A stretch of DNA of 32,000 nt from Candidatus Arthromitus sp. SFB-mouse-Japan (GTDB lineage: Bacteria > Bacillota > Clostridia > Clostridiales > Clostridiaceae). Position numbers and translations under genes: made by a program. Of this stretch, positions 17,411-27,800 are shown in pieces (position 1 is the first letter of the stretch; each line of letters starts with the position of its first letter). Below the pieces are notes generated by a model. It saw only the letters and a list, made by a program, of their open reading frames with translations. It was not told the DNA's origin and did no database searches. The stretch is taken from positions 1,080,001 through 1,112,000 of the forward strand of contig NC_015913.1 of assembly GCF_000270205.1 (NCBI RefSeq), read 5' to 3'.

Positions 17411-18385
17411 TTATAAAGATAATATTAAATACGCAATATATATTAATATAATTGCCAAACTTAAGACTAAATAAACAATCTTCAATTTTTTATTGCTATT
17501 TTTAATGATAAGTAAGATTGCAATTAATACTGTTGCTATAAATCCAAATAATAATAATATTTTTGTTTGAGAATGATTTGTAATATAAAGTGATGCACTG
17601 ACATATAAAAGATCTATTATCGAAATTATAAATAAGTTAAAAATATTACTCCCAATAATATTTCCCACTACTAAATTAAATTTTGCTTTTTTCGCAAGTG
17701 CAACACATGACGTAACTTCTGGAAGTGATGTTGCTATTCCTAAAAATAACGCTCCACTTAAACTTGCAGCTAGATTCAATTTTACAGAAATTATATCAGT
17801 TACATACGTTATAAAAACACTCGCAATAACTAATCCTATACTAACTAATATAAATCTCGTAAAAATTTGTTTAAGGGTAAGTTTACATTCCCCTTTGTCT
17901 TCCTCATCTGCATCTATGTCATTTGTCGCCATAAATTTAAGAGAAGTAAAATATAATACCAAAATCAAAATTGAAACAATACTCACATTAAAAATGTTAA
18001 AATCCTTTGAAAAATAAACTGGTATGAATAAAATTATGTTTATTATTATAACAAATAAAATCGTTTTAGTATGACTCTTGCTTATTTGACTTTGTACAAA
18101 CCCTTTAATAAATAAAATAACAATAGCAGACAATGTAGCTAAATTAAAAATATTACTTCCTAAAATATTTCCTAAAACAAGCTCAGGATTATTTAAAATA
18201 AGTGCCCCAGAAATACTCGTAAATAATTCTGGAAGAGATGTTACTGCCGCAAGCATAACTCCTCCTATAAAAGCTCCAGATACATTTGTCTTTTTATCGA
18301 TTAAATCAACATAATCAGCAGCTTTTATCGAAAATAATATTACAGTTATTGCCAATATGACATAAAGCAAATATATCAACAACAT
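17411..18385 (-). CDS. CaCA-family cation/Ca2+ exchanger membrane protein (YrbG-like)
   Basis: 324-aa polytopic membrane ORF with two alpha-repeat signatures: TSLPELFTS...GNILGSNIFNL and TSLPEVTS...GNIIGSNIFNL. The GGAGG is only 2 nt from the listed ATG, so the true start may be the TTG two codons downstream. Confidence 0.85.
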   Translation of the reverse strand: MLLIYLLYVILAITVILFSIKAADYVDLIDKKTNVSGAFIGGVMLAAVTSLPELFTSISGALILNNPELVLGNILGSNIFNLATLSAIVILFIKGFVQSQISKSHTKTILFVIIINIILFIPVYFSKDFNIFNVSIVSILILVLYFTSLKFMATNDIDADEEDKGECKLTLKQIFTRFILVSIGLVIASVFITYVTDIISVKLNLAASLSGALFLGIATSLPEVTSCVALAKKAKFNLVVGNIIGSNIFNLFIISIIDLLYVSASLYITNHSQTKILLLFGFIATVLIAILLIIKNSNKKLKIVYLVLSLAIILIYIAYLILSL

Positions 18386-18470
18386 TTCCTCCTTTAAAAA
18401 TTTTTTTGAAAATTATATGTAAAAACTATGTTTTATTATAATAGTTAATCTCTTTTTATACAATATGTAT

Positions 18471-18496
18471 TAAATATCTAGTCGTCACTACGATTA
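18471..18496 (+). promoter_or_regulatory. Candidate sigma-D/sigma-28-type promoter for the flagellin-like gene
   Basis: TAAA (18471-18474), a 14-nt spacer, then TACGATTA (18489-18496). Compare the Bacillus sigma-D consensus TAAA-N14-16-GCCGATAA, where the CGAT core is conserved. The match is weak and the background is AT-rich. Confidence 0.3.
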
Positions 18497-18515
18497 ATTA
18501 TATTGAGGCTTGTTT

Positions 18516-18545
18516 ACAAGGACGTATATTTTCGATCAAGGAGGA
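18516..18545 (+). promoter_or_regulatory. Two candidate CsrA-binding GGA motifs in the leader, the second overlapping the Shine-Dalgarno
   Basis: ACAAGGACGT (18516-18525) closely matches the CsrA consensus RUACARGGAUGU. AAGGAGGA (18538-18545) is the Shine-Dalgarno. The GGA cores are 20 nt apart. This is the same layout as the B. subtilis hag leader. Confidence 0.4.
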
Positions 18546-18552
18546 TCTAACT

Positions 18553-19299
18553 ATGAGAATAAATAAAAATTCTAATATCACAAAAGCCTTAAGTGTTTTT
18601 AAAATTGGAAAAGTAAATAATAATTTATCAAAAAATAATTCAAATTCAGACAATATTCAAATTAATTATCTTATGGATGAGCTTACAGAATCCCAATATA
18701 TAACACGCAATTACCAAATAGGTATAACTTATGTACAAATAGCCAAATCCACTTTGAGTGAAGTAAAGAAAACTATTTTAGATATGAAAGAAATTTTTGA
18801 TAAATGTAAAAATGAAGATAATACTTCTTTTGGTCGTGAATCACTAAATTTTAAATTCGAAGAATTGTGCCAAAAATTCAACAAAGAATCGAACAAATTA
18901 ACTATAGATATAAGAGAAAATTTATTTTATAATAGCAATAACGAACTTGTATTTAAAGTATTCGATTCAAAGTCTCTAGAAAATTGTATTCTTATTCCTA
19001 AACTCGACGCAAACAAATTAAATCTTAGAAATATAAATATAAAAAACGAAATCAACGCTAATGAGGCATATAATAAAATGAATCAAGCTCTTGACTATAT
19101 CCTTTTGTCAGAGAAAGCAATAAAAGATTCTGAAGAAAAACTTCTGCGAGTTAATCTAACAGATATTATGTCTGCAAATCTCATGGCGTTAAGTAGCAAT
19201 GAAAACAAAGAATCTATTGAAAAATTATTAGAGCTAACAAGAAGAGGCTTGCTCAAAGAAGGCAACACCTATTTGAAAGAAATAAACAAAGATAAATAA
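18553..19299 (+). CDS. Minimal, highly divergent flagellin-family (FliC/FlgL-like) protein
   Basis: 248-aa ORF with a strong AAGGAGGA Shine-Dalgarno. The N-terminus MRINKNSNITKAL... follows the flagellin MRINxN start. NYQIGITYVQIAKSTLSEVKKTILDMKEIFDKCKNEDNTSFGRESLNFKFEEL tracks the flagellin N-domain pattern N.QDGIS.LQTAEGAL.EV..ILQRMRELAVQA.N.T.S..DR..i..Ef..L. The C-terminal helix pattern is ...AIKDSEEKLLRVNLTDIMSANLMALSS... Confidence 0.55.
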   Translation: MRINKNSNITKALSVFKIGKVNNNLSKNNSNSDNIQINYLMDELTESQYITRNYQIGITYVQIAKSTLSEVKKTILDMKEIFDKCKNEDNTSFGRESLNFKFEELCQKFNKESNKLTIDIRENLFYNSNNELVFKVFDSKSLENCILIPKLDANKLNLRNINIKNEINANEAYNKMNQALDYILLSEKAIKDSEEKLLRVNLTDIMSANLMALSSNENKESIEKLLELTRRGLLKEGNTYLKEINKDK

Positions 19300-19311
19300 T
19301 CTAAAAAATAG

Positions 19312-19341
19312 AAAGTATCTTAGAGTCTAAGATACTTTTTG
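19312..19341 (+). terminator. Rho-independent terminator of the flagellin-like gene
   Basis: Near-perfect palindrome AAGTATCTTAGA-G-TCTAAGATACTT followed by TTTT. Confidence 0.8.
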
Positions 19342-19351
19342 TATTATATAC

Positions 19352-19380
19352 AAAAAACAAACTAAATGAAATTAGTTTGT
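19352..19380 (-). terminator. Rho-independent terminator of the aminotransferase-like gene (convergent)
   Basis: Perfect 9-bp stem ACAAACTAA/TTAGTTTGT (19357-19365 / 19372-19380) with a 6-nt loop. A T-run follows on the minus strand. Confidence 0.75.
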
Positions 19381-19397
19381 TTATAACGAGCGATATC

Positions 19398-20537
19398 TTA
19401 TTTCAGTGCTTTCCTTATTCTAGTGAAACACTCCTTAAGCATCTCTCTTGGATAAGCCATATTAATTGCAATCTTACCTTGAAGATTTCCTTCAATTTCT
19501 TCTCCAAACTTAAGTGTAAGTTTTCCATTTCGTAAAATTCTATACTCAAGTTCTTCAGGCATATATCCATATTTTGATAAGTCGATAAATGCCAATGTTC
19601 CGCTCTCAGGTCTCTCAAGTTTCATTGTTCCAAATATATCTTTAAGATAACCATCAAATAAATCAAAATTTTTATTAACATATTCTCTAAGTTTTCTTAA
19701 CCAAATATCTATTCTACTATAAAAAATATTAAATATTTCAACATCTATTGCGTTAATTGCAAACCTACTATTATCACTCAATTGCATTTTCATAAAATCC
19801 CTAAACTTTTTGTTATTTATAACTAAATTACCCATGGTACTATCCATAAGATTTAATGTCTTACATGGACTTAGATATGTTATAACGTTACTACTATTAT
19901 TAAGTGCCTTTGACAATGGAATATATTTAATTCCATCTCTTGTTAACTCATATCCCTCTTCAATACTTAAAATCCATAAATTATTTTTTCGTGCAATGTC
20001 TCCAAGTTTTTTTAATTCATCTTCACCAAAACACCTTCCAGATGGATAATGTGGATTGCTTATAACCATAACCTTAGCATCTTTAGAATATTTTTCTAAA
20101 AGTTCAAAGTCAAGCTCGGGTTTTTCTCCTTCATAAATAAGTGGTATTGATATAAGATTCCTACTTGATGCTAAAATCTTATATCTAAGTATTTTTTCTA
20201 AGGGTGAGAGTACAACCACATTATCATTCACTTGAGTTAAAGATTCAAATATCAAAGTATACGCCATTTCATCACTTGGTATATATTGTATATTCTGTAT
20301 ATCAATCTCCCACTCATATTCTTTCATAAAATAGGCACTCATGAGCATCTTATACGATTCTTTATCATAATAACCTTGACTTACTTGTTTCTCAAAAAGA
20401 TTATAATTTTGTATTACAAACATTACAGGCTTAGGACTTAAAAAATACATTTTCTCAGTTTCATGCATTATTAAATCAAAATCATTCGTATCCAAATTTG
20501 AATATTGATAATTATTTTTACTCTTAGTTGCTTCCAT
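19398..20537 (-). CDS. Class I/II aminotransferase-fold protein, PatB/MalY (C-S lyase)-like, apparently degenerate
   Basis: Motifs are SNPHYPSGR (NPHNPxGR-like) and SPCKTLNL (SxSKTFN with the Lys kept). Start refined: the ORF track starts at TTG 20552, but the ATG at 20537 (MEATKS...) sits right after GAGGGGGAG, and that codon run looks like the Shine-Dalgarno. Confidence 0.7.
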   Translation of the reverse strand: MEATKSKNNYQYSNLDTNDFDLIMHETEKMYFLSPKPVMFVIQNYNLFEKQVSQGYYDKESYKMLMSAYFMKEYEWEIDIQNIQYIPSDEMAYTLIFESLTQVNDNVVVLSPLEKILRYKILASSRNLISIPLIYEGEKPELDFELLEKYSKDAKVMVISNPHYPSGRCFGEDELKKLGDIARKNNLWILSIEEGYELTRDGIKYIPLSKALNNSSNVITYLSPCKTLNLMDSTMGNLVINNKKFRDFMKMQLSDNSRFAINAIDVEIFNIFYSRIDIWLRKLREYVNKNFDLFDGYLKDIFGTMKLERPESGTLAFIDLSKYGYMPEELEYRILRNGKLTLKFGEEIEGNLQGKIAINMAYPREMLKECFTRIRKALK

Positions 20538-20562
20538 ACTTCTCCCCCTCAATCTAAAACTT

Positions 20563-22689
20563 CTACTTTACATCATTAATTTCATTCTTGTTATCATTTC
20601 CATTATTATCTCCAAAATTATCTTGATTCATAGAATAATCTTGATTCCTATCTACTATTTGTAAGTGGATATCTTCCGTAATTTTAAATTTATTTACAAT
20701 ATTGTTTAACTGAGATGTTGTAATTTTATTATCTTTAATAAATTGTTTCAAGCTATTTATCTTCTCAACAATTTGAAAATTCTTATCAGAAATATTTGAT
20801 AATCCAATTGTTCCACTATTAACAGTCGTTGAAATTTCAGTTATTGATCCAACTATTGTTTCAACCGCATCGCTTACCTTTTTAGATATATCTAAGAAAT
20901 TTTTCATAAAATCATTAATTTTAAATGTGTCACTCCTATACTCCTCACTACTATCTATAAAACTATCGTAATCGAGTATAATTTTATTATCTATAAAATC
21001 TAGAATCTGTCTTGAACTTATAATCAAACTTTCAATAGACGTATTTACATTTTGAGCTATGCTCTTAATATTATTTGCGGTAACTGAACTTTCTTCTGCA
21101 AGAGTTCTAATTTCCTCTGCAACAACAGCAAACCCTTTTCCAGCTTCTCCAGCCCTTGCAGCTTCAATTGCTGCATTCAATGCAAGCAAATTTGTTTGAC
21201 TTGCAATACTCAAAATAGATTCTGTAAGAGTATTAATTTCATCAACTTCCTTTGATTTAGAAATTGCTGTCTCTAAATCACTCTTAACATTCTCGTAAAT
21301 CTGTATAGCCTTATCTTTAGACTCTGTAATATTACTCTTTATCAAGTTAGTTCGCTTAGAAATATCTTGGGTGCTATCATAACCTTTTTCAGCATTCATT
21401 TTTATATTAAACATCTCATCACTTATAAGTTTTGATGATGCTGTTATTTCTTGAAGAGTCGCATTTGTTTGTTCCATACCAGCATACAAATTATCAGTTT
21501 CAGAAGATGTAATCGTAGTAGAATCTTTTAACTCTTTTGTCAATAATTCAATCTCACTATACTTAGAATTTAAATCAACTATCTTAATCTTAATAATTTT
21601 TATCACTTTACCAATATTCAATCTCATCCTAATTAAACCATTATAAGTATTAGTAAGCTCATCTTTAGAATTATTTTGAATCTTATAATTATCTATGAGT
21701 TCAAAATTAGCTGTCTTGTCAATTATCTTATCATTATCCTCTAATTTTGATAAAATAAGAATCTTAAGTGTAATCAATGATATACCAAAAAGTAGAATTG
21801 CAAATCCTGCTAATAATATAAATGACATAATTTGACTCTTTGTATATGATTCCAACATAGATGACACCGGTAGAAAATAAGAAATTTTCCATCTAAGATC
21901 TGAAATATAATAAGTCAACATCTTATAATTCTTTTTAGCAATTGTTATATCCCCTGAATACAAAACATTTCCAGAATCAGCTTTTGATATATTTGTGAGC
22001 ATATTTTCATCAGTAAGATATTGCCCAACAATATTTTTAAAATCAGAATAAATTACACGCTTATCATGAGCATAAATTTCAACATTATTATTGTACATTA
22101 TATCTAATTTCATATCAGAAACAATATCTTTAATTAAATTTGATGATAAAGTACCACATAAATAGCTAAATACAGATCCTCTAGAATTTAAAATTCTCAA
22201 CACTAAAACAATATTGGCTTCTCCTCCATCAGAATCGAAGTCCAAATAAATCATATAATCATCGTTAAATTTATCATATTTTGCATTATTAGCTAACTCA
22301 CTTACTATATCCCCTTCTATACTTTTACTTGTAGATAATTCAACCGTACCATCATGACTGATAAATGTAATATCTTTCACAAAATCACTATTTAGATTTT
22401 CATACTCTTTAATAATAGAATAAACTCTATCTTTATTTACTTGATTATCCCCAAATATGTACTCAGAATCATCACTTTTCAACAATAAGCCAAGGAATTT
22501 AAAATCTAAAATATAATTCTTTAATCGATGTTCAATTTCTAATGATGTGATTTGCGACTTTCCTCTTATAACATCAATCTTTTGCTCTAAAAAATCATTC
22601 CTAATTATAGAAAGTCCAAATACAGAAACTAAAATACTAAAAATAGATATAATCAAACAGAATATCATTATCTTAAATTTAAGAGACAT
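20563..22689 (-). CDS. Methyl-accepting chemotaxis protein (two TM helices, extracytoplasmic Cache-like sensor, HAMP, MA domain)
   Basis: 708-aa ORF with the hallmark signalling hairpin [37 protein letters not shown]1 is at aa ~5-28. TM2 is [27 protein letters not shown]. The HAMP-like motif is [21 protein letters not shown] Shine-Dalgarno upstream. Confidence 0.95.
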   Translation of the reverse strand: MSLKFKIMIFCLIISIFSILVSVFGLSIIRNDFLEQKIDVIRGKSQITSLEIEHRLKNYILDFKFLGLLLKSDDSEYIFGDNQVNKDRVYSIIKEYENLNSDFVKDITFISHDGTVELSTSKSIEGDIVSELANNAKYDKFNDDYMIYLDFDSDGGEANIVLVLRILNSRGSVFSYLCGTLSSNLIKDIVSDMKLDIMYNNNVEIYAHDKRVIYSDFKNIVGQYLTDENMLTNISKADSGNVLYSGDITIAKKNYKMLTYYISDLRWKISYFLPVSSMLESYTKSQIMSFILLAGFAILLFGISLITLKILILSKLEDNDKIIDKTANFELIDNYKIQNNSKDELTNTYNGLIRMRLNIGKVIKIIKIKIVDLNSKYSEIELLTKELKDSTTITSSETDNLYAGMEQTNATLQEITASSKLISDEMFNIKMNAEKGYDSTQDISKRTNLIKSNITESKDKAIQIYENVKSDLETAISKSKEVDEINTLTESILSIASQTNLLALNAAIEAARAGEAGKGFAVVAEEIRTLAEESSVTANNIKSIAQNVNTSIESLIISSRQILDFIDNKIILDYDSFIDSSEEYRSDTFKINDFMKNFLDISKKVSDAVETIVGSITEISTTVNSGTIGLSNISDKNFQIVEKINSLKQFIKDNKITTSQLNNIVNKFKITEDIHLQIVDRNQDYSMNQDNFGDNNGNDNKNEINDVK

Positions 22690-22792
22690 ATAAAAATTCC
22701 CTCTTTCCTAAAAACACAATAAGCAATAATATATAAAGTATTATTTGTTATTTTTCTGTATTTAAAACATAATTTATTAAGATTTTTAGAGG

Positions 22793-22831
22793 TAAAAAAA
22801 ACAAGGGATTACATATAAATGAAATCCCTTG
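22793..22831 (-). terminator. Rho-independent terminator of radA
   Basis: Perfect 9-bp stem CAAGGGATT/AATCCCTTG (22802-22810 / 22823-22831) directly after the stop, followed on the minus strand by T8-9. Confidence 0.8.
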
Positions 22832-22833
22832 CT

Positions 22834-24219
22834 TTAAAATAAATCATAAATAACCTCATGTATATATTTAAAGGCTCTTATCTCTATATTTTTAAAACTA
22901 CCTACCTTATAATTTTCACCATAAGGAACATAAACCCTTTTAAATCCTAATCTATCAACTTCCTTAAGCCTAAGTTCCATAGATGGCACTCTCTTTATTT
23001 CTCCTGTAAGTCCAACATCACCAATAAATACATATCCATTATTTACTGCCTTATTTTTTAAAGAAGAAACTATACTAATAATAACCGACAAGTTAACACA
23101 CTGCTCCCTAAGTCTAATTCCGCCAGTAGATTTAATTACGATATTTTTATCAAATAATTTAATTCGACCTCGTTCTTCCAAAATTGAAATAAGAGTATTT
23201 AATTGATCCCTTTTTAAACAATCAGAAATTCTTGAAGGATATGGAGTTATCGAATTTGAAACAAGACTTTCAATTTCAACAACAATACATCTATTACCTT
23301 CTTTCACGACACTTAGACAACTTCCAAAAACCTCATTACTATCATCTCTCTGTGTCATAAAAAACTGTGATGGATTATCAATAGAAACCATTCCTTGCTC
23401 TGTCATGGAAAAAAAACCAACTTCTCCAGTACTGCCAAATCTATTTTTCGTACAAATAAGAGATCTTAATTCTTCAAGATTATCTCCTTCAATCATAAGC
23501 ACACAATCAACTAAATGCTCTAATGCTCTGACACCAGCTAACTCATCCTCTTTTGTCATTTGTCCAACTATCATAACAGCTCTAGGTCTATTTGCATTTT
23601 TTGCAATTCTCAAAAGTTCATTTGCACATTCCATAGTTTGAGTAGGCGACCCTGGTCTTGATAAATATTCTTCCAATATAAATGTCTGTATACTATCAAT
23701 TATTATAAAATCTGGATCAATCTCATTTATTACGCTAACTACATTATTTAACGAGATATCAGAATATATCCATATACTTTCATCTGATAATTCAGAAATT
23801 ATTCTATCTGTTCTCTTTCTAATTTGACTCTCACTCTCTTCACCAGATGCGTATAAAACCCTAAATCCTTTTTTTGAAATATCATAAGCAACCTGAAGTA
23901 ATAATGTTGATTTTCCAGCTCCTGGCTTTGCGGCAAGTATACTTATAGAATCTCGTACAATCCCACCACCAACAACCCTATTAAACTCATTAATATCAGT
24001 TACTATCCTATCGCTATTAAACACTTTTACTTCTGAAAGTCTTTGAGCCTTTTTTGTTACAGTTCCACTCTTTATGTATGTATTAACCTTAACATTTCCC
24101 TTCTTTAATATCTCAGATTCTTCAAAGGAATTCCAAGTATTACAATTTGGACATCTACCAGACCATTTGACTTGTTCAAACTTACAGTTTGAACATATAT
24201 AGACTATTTTACTTTTCAA
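22834..24219 (-). CDS. radA: DNA repair protein RadA (Sms)
   Basis: Zinc finger CSNCKFEQVKWSGRCPNCNTWNSF, Walker A AAKPGAGKSTLLLQ, the KNRFG motif, and a Lon-like C-terminal domain. Start refined to TTG 24219 (MKSKIVYICSNC...), preceded by GGAGGTAAAT. The 12 extra codons in the ORF track (MIYLYLNLLEVN) run through the Shine-Dalgarno. Confidence 0.95.
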   Translation of the reverse strand: MKSKIVYICSNCKFEQVKWSGRCPNCNTWNSFEESEILKKGNVKVNTYIKSGTVTKKAQRLSEVKVFNSDRIVTDINEFNRVVGGGIVRDSISILAAKPGAGKSTLLLQVAYDISKKGFRVLYASGEESESQIRKRTDRIISELSDESIWIYSDISLNNVVSVINEIDPDFIIIDSIQTFILEEYLSRPGSPTQTMECANELLRIAKNANRPRAVMIVGQMTKEDELAGVRALEHLVDCVLMIEGDNLEELRSLICTKNRFGSTGEVGFFSMTEQGMVSIDNPSQFFMTQRDDSNEVFGSCLSVVKEGNRCIVVEIESLVSNSITPYPSRISDCLKRDQLNTLISILEERGRIKLFDKNIVIKSTGGIRLREQCVNLSVIISIVSSLKNKAVNNGYVFIGDVGLTGEIKRVPSMELRLKEVDRLGFKRVYVPYGENYKVGSFKNIEIRAFKYIHEVIYDLF

Positions 24220-24265
24220 ATTTACCTCCAACAAATTTAAATAAAGGTAAATCAATTATATCATA

Positions 24266-24754
24266 TCAAATATCAGCAGCTATCTTATTGTTTAATATTT
24301 TATGTTTCATATAAAAAGCAGTAGGAACTGAAATATCCAAATTCTTTGCTGCTGTTCTTATAGTATTCTCATTCGTTACCTCTTTTACACACATCTGAAT
24401 TTTTTCAAATGGTAACTTCGCATTATGAAATATTGTATTAGTCGTATCAGAAAATGTTTTTCTACACTCCTTACATCTAAATCTTTCTTTCGTAACTCCA
24501 TCTTTATATTTTGTATATTTCTGATGCCTTGATATAGAAATACTATTACAATAAGGACATCTTCTATTGCTTTTATCATTTATAATTTTTAACAAATATA
24601 TAATTTCTTTTCTGCTTAAAATAATTTTATCATTTGCCTTAAAAATATTTATGAGTGCATTGTAATCAATCCTATCTGTACTTTTCAGATAATTAATTAT
24701 ATCTTCCTTACTTTTAATTTTTATATTTATATCTGTAACTTTAATATTATCCAT
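24266..24754 (-). CDS. Transposase-derived zinc-ribbon + HTH protein (IS1595/IS1 InsA-like N-terminal domain only, no DDE domain)
   Basis: 162 aa. RRCPYCNSISISRHQKYTKY..KERFRCKECRKTFSDTTNTIFHNAKLPFEKIQMCV...NTIRTAAKNLDISVPTAFYMKHKI matches the CPxC...RxxCxxCxxxFS..tGTif..skl pattern of the transposase zinc-ribbon domain, followed by an HTH. There is a unique 60-aa N-terminal extension. A GGGGG Shine-Dalgarno lies upstream. Confidence 0.6.
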   Translation of the reverse strand: MDNIKVTDINIKIKSKEDIINYLKSTDRIDYNALINIFKANDKIILSRKEIIYLLKIINDKSNRRCPYCNSISISRHQKYTKYKDGVTKERFRCKECRKTFSDTTNTIFHNAKLPFEKIQMCVKEVTNENTIRTAAKNLDISVPTAFYMKHKILNNKIAADI

Positions 24755-24814
24755 ATTAAATAACCCCCGAAGTCATATTTATTGTCATTATTTCAAGCTG
24801 AAAAATTTTTATAC

Positions 24815-24850
24815 AAAAAAGGACTTACCAAAAAAATTTTTTAGTAAGCC
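24815..24850 (-). terminator. Rho-independent terminator of the double-subtilase gene
   Basis: On the minus strand: GGCTTAC...GTAAG(T)CC stem (7 bp plus one bulge) with an A/T self-complementary loop, followed by TTTTTT. Confidence 0.55.
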
Positions 24851-24858
24851 TTAAAATA

Positions 24859-27800
24859 TTATCTTAAAATATCAAACACATTTCTTATATTTAAAATTCC
24901 ATATCCCCAATATCTATTAGGATATTCATACCCTTTTGGAGTAATAGCTGAGCTCACAAATAGCCACATTATAATAGTAGAATTCAAATTTGGCTTATTC
25001 TTTTTTACAATTCCCCATTCCAAAATTAGTGCAATTCCTCCAGCAGAAACAGCCGCAGCGACAGAACTACCACTCATTAAAATTTCTCTTCCACCTTTTC
25101 CTATAGTCAAAATATCTATGCCACCTGCTGCAAGTAATGGTACAACTCTATTATCCAAAGTAAATCCTTGTCCTGACTTTGTAACAATCGAAGTTAAATT
25201 TTGATTGTAATAGGCCATGGCAATAGCAAGATGTGCTGAACTTGGTTGAGTAATTGTACTGATTGAGGTTGAATTCAAAAATCTAGTATCTGGCTTCAAA
25301 AGTTCCTTAATAGGCAAATAAGCATCATACTTTACTGGAAAATTATCTTTAGACATAATAATTATTTGCCAAATTCCAGATTTCAAATTATTAAACAAAA
25401 TCTCAATATCTTGTATAATTGAAACAGATGTTTGCCTAATTTCACAAAATATTTTCATCTCTGTCTGCTCTAATAAAAATTTAAAACTATAATTGTTATA
25501 AATAACCCCTTTAACATCAAACTCTCTCGTTCTTTCACCTGAAGGAGAAATTACATAAAACGATACTTTTGAATAATTCTCTATAAATATATCAATTGCT
25601 AAACGTGTTTGACCCTTGTCTGCAAAAAATTCTATAACTCCTTCCTGATTTTCCTTATAAATTTGACCTTCAACATGAATTTGTTTATTTGCTTGATCTC
25701 CACATGGAACCGAAATAACAAATCCTGAATTTTGGGAATATTCTGTAATTTGTTTTGATACAAAAGACTCTCCAGAATGATATCCAGCATTAGTCTGAAG
25801 TGGCAACACAACAGAAACTGGCTTATTATATTTAAATCTAATCGATCTTAAATATCTAAGTGCTAAGTACAACACAACCTCATTATATATTGGTATATCT
25901 TTTGGAAAATCTAATACCTCTCTCAAATTACTAGACAACTCTCTCAATTTCACAACTACTATATTGCTTTCAGGTGCTGCTCCCCTAACCAAACCAATTC
26001 CAGAAGAACTCGTAATACCAGCCATAGATGTTCCATGTCCGTTTGTATCCCTAGATGGAACAATTGTATATGGATCTCCTCCATTTCTTTTAACTCTAAT
26101 TGCAGAATCTATATCTTCCTTTGTATATATTTTACCAAAAAGAACATTAGGTTGATGTGTATCTTCATCAATTGTTTGATCCCAAATTTCTAAAATCCTA
26201 GTTTGATTAAACTCGTCCATAAAATTCTCATTTAAATAATCAATTCCTGTGTCTACTATAGCAACTATAACATTTCTTCCTGTCAAATCTAAATATTCAT
26301 TACTTTGCGTTTGATAAATACCTGAATCTGACAATGGAGATATACTCTCACTACATAGTGTGTAATAATACGAAGTTTGAATATCTACTGACCCATCCGG
26401 AAAATATCTTTCATATAACACATCTAATTTATCTATAGGAACTGATAATATTGATAAATAGACTTCTTCACTCTCTTCTTTTAAAGGATAAATACAATAA
26501 TCTCCATCAATAAACTTCATATTATTTTGAACAGTCATCAAAAATTCAACCCTGCTATCATCACTAAGACTATTAAGTGGGCACAAATTAATATTCATAT
26601 CGTCATATTTTAAAACATTTATATTATCTAACGGGTCATAAGTCTGTATAGGATTTATAATTTCTTTATCTTCTTCCCTATTCGCTTGAATTTGAGTCAT
26701 CCTTATATCATACAAAATATTATTAATACTTTCTTCAACATCTATAAAAGCTTTAGACCCACATACAAATCCATATCCATAAGAATTATTAGGATAAGAT
26801 ATATTTTTAACTCTATTTGCTCCTCTAATTAAAAAATATTTTATAACCTCTCCATATAAATTAGGTTTATTTTTATTAATAATTCCCCACTCCATCAAAA
26901 GTGCACATATCCCAGAAACTATTGGAGCAGAAAAACTTGTACCCGAAACCACATATTCCTTTCCTCCAATTCCTATTACTCTAACATCCTCTCCTGGAGC
27001 TAATATATCAGGCTTTAAATTATCCTTATTATTAATTGAACCTCTACCGGAAAAAATAGAAACACTTTCACGTCTATAATTATAACTTCCAACAGAAATT
27101 ACATTATATACAGTTGCAGGCGAACCTAAAGTATCATTATTATCAGGTTTTAAAAATCTCGTACCCTTACCTACAGACTCATTTGTTGGTAGCCACATAT
27201 TATAAGTACTCTCAAACTCATTACATAACTTAATGTTTATACTCCAGACCCCCTCCTCAATAGTTGAATTTCTATATGATTCAATGGTAATTAAACATTC
27301 ACCAAAAACATTATACCTTGTAGGACCAGTATATAAAACATTAACGAGATCTCCTCCAACTCTCACACGTTGATTACCTTCAGTTAATCTTATAAGCTGA
27401 CTTACTCCCGTAGATGGAGAACTTATTGTAATCACTACATCAGACAATATTCCTTTATAAAGCGAGACTATAATGACTTCATGATTACCTGAAATTTCAA
27501 TTTCTACATTCTCACCTTCTGAAACTATATTCCCACTTTTGTGATGTGCTGCACCTCCTTCATTTCCAGCCGAAACCACCACAGTAGTATTTTCTCTAGC
27601 GGCAAAATTACTTACATATTCTGCAAGCAAAGTTGTGCCTGTGTGAGCTCCATAATTAGTACTAAAACTCAAATTTACTACTAGTGGAAATCCTTCCTCA
27701 TCTTGTTTTTCTGCTAAAAAATCAAGTCCCATCATAATAGTGTGAAAAAGTACAATAGTTGAATCAATATTTGTTGTACTATTTACACTAATTATAGATG

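Noticed and set aside
18531-18538. TTCGATCA as a sigma-D -10 element
   Set aside because: It sits only a few nt before the Shine-Dalgarno, so a transcript from it would lack the ribosome-binding site, and there is no TAAA at the correct spacing. The upstream TAAA-N14-TACGATTA candidate fits better, though it is still weak.
18386-18552. Sigma-A promoters (e.g. TTGAAA 18406-18411 with TATAAT 18437-18442), and similar hexamers in the other intergenic regions
   Set aside because: The spacer is 25 nt, which is too long. In DNA this AT-rich, TATAAT-like and TTGACA-like hexamers occur by chance everywhere. I could not call any housekeeping promoter with confidence.
24256-24858. Possible insertion sequence around the zinc-ribbon gene
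   Set aside because: There is no DDE transposase domain and no terminal inverted or direct repeats visible in the flanks. The flanks are instead an ordinary Shine-Dalgarno and a terminator. It is treated as a stand-alone gene, not a mobile element.
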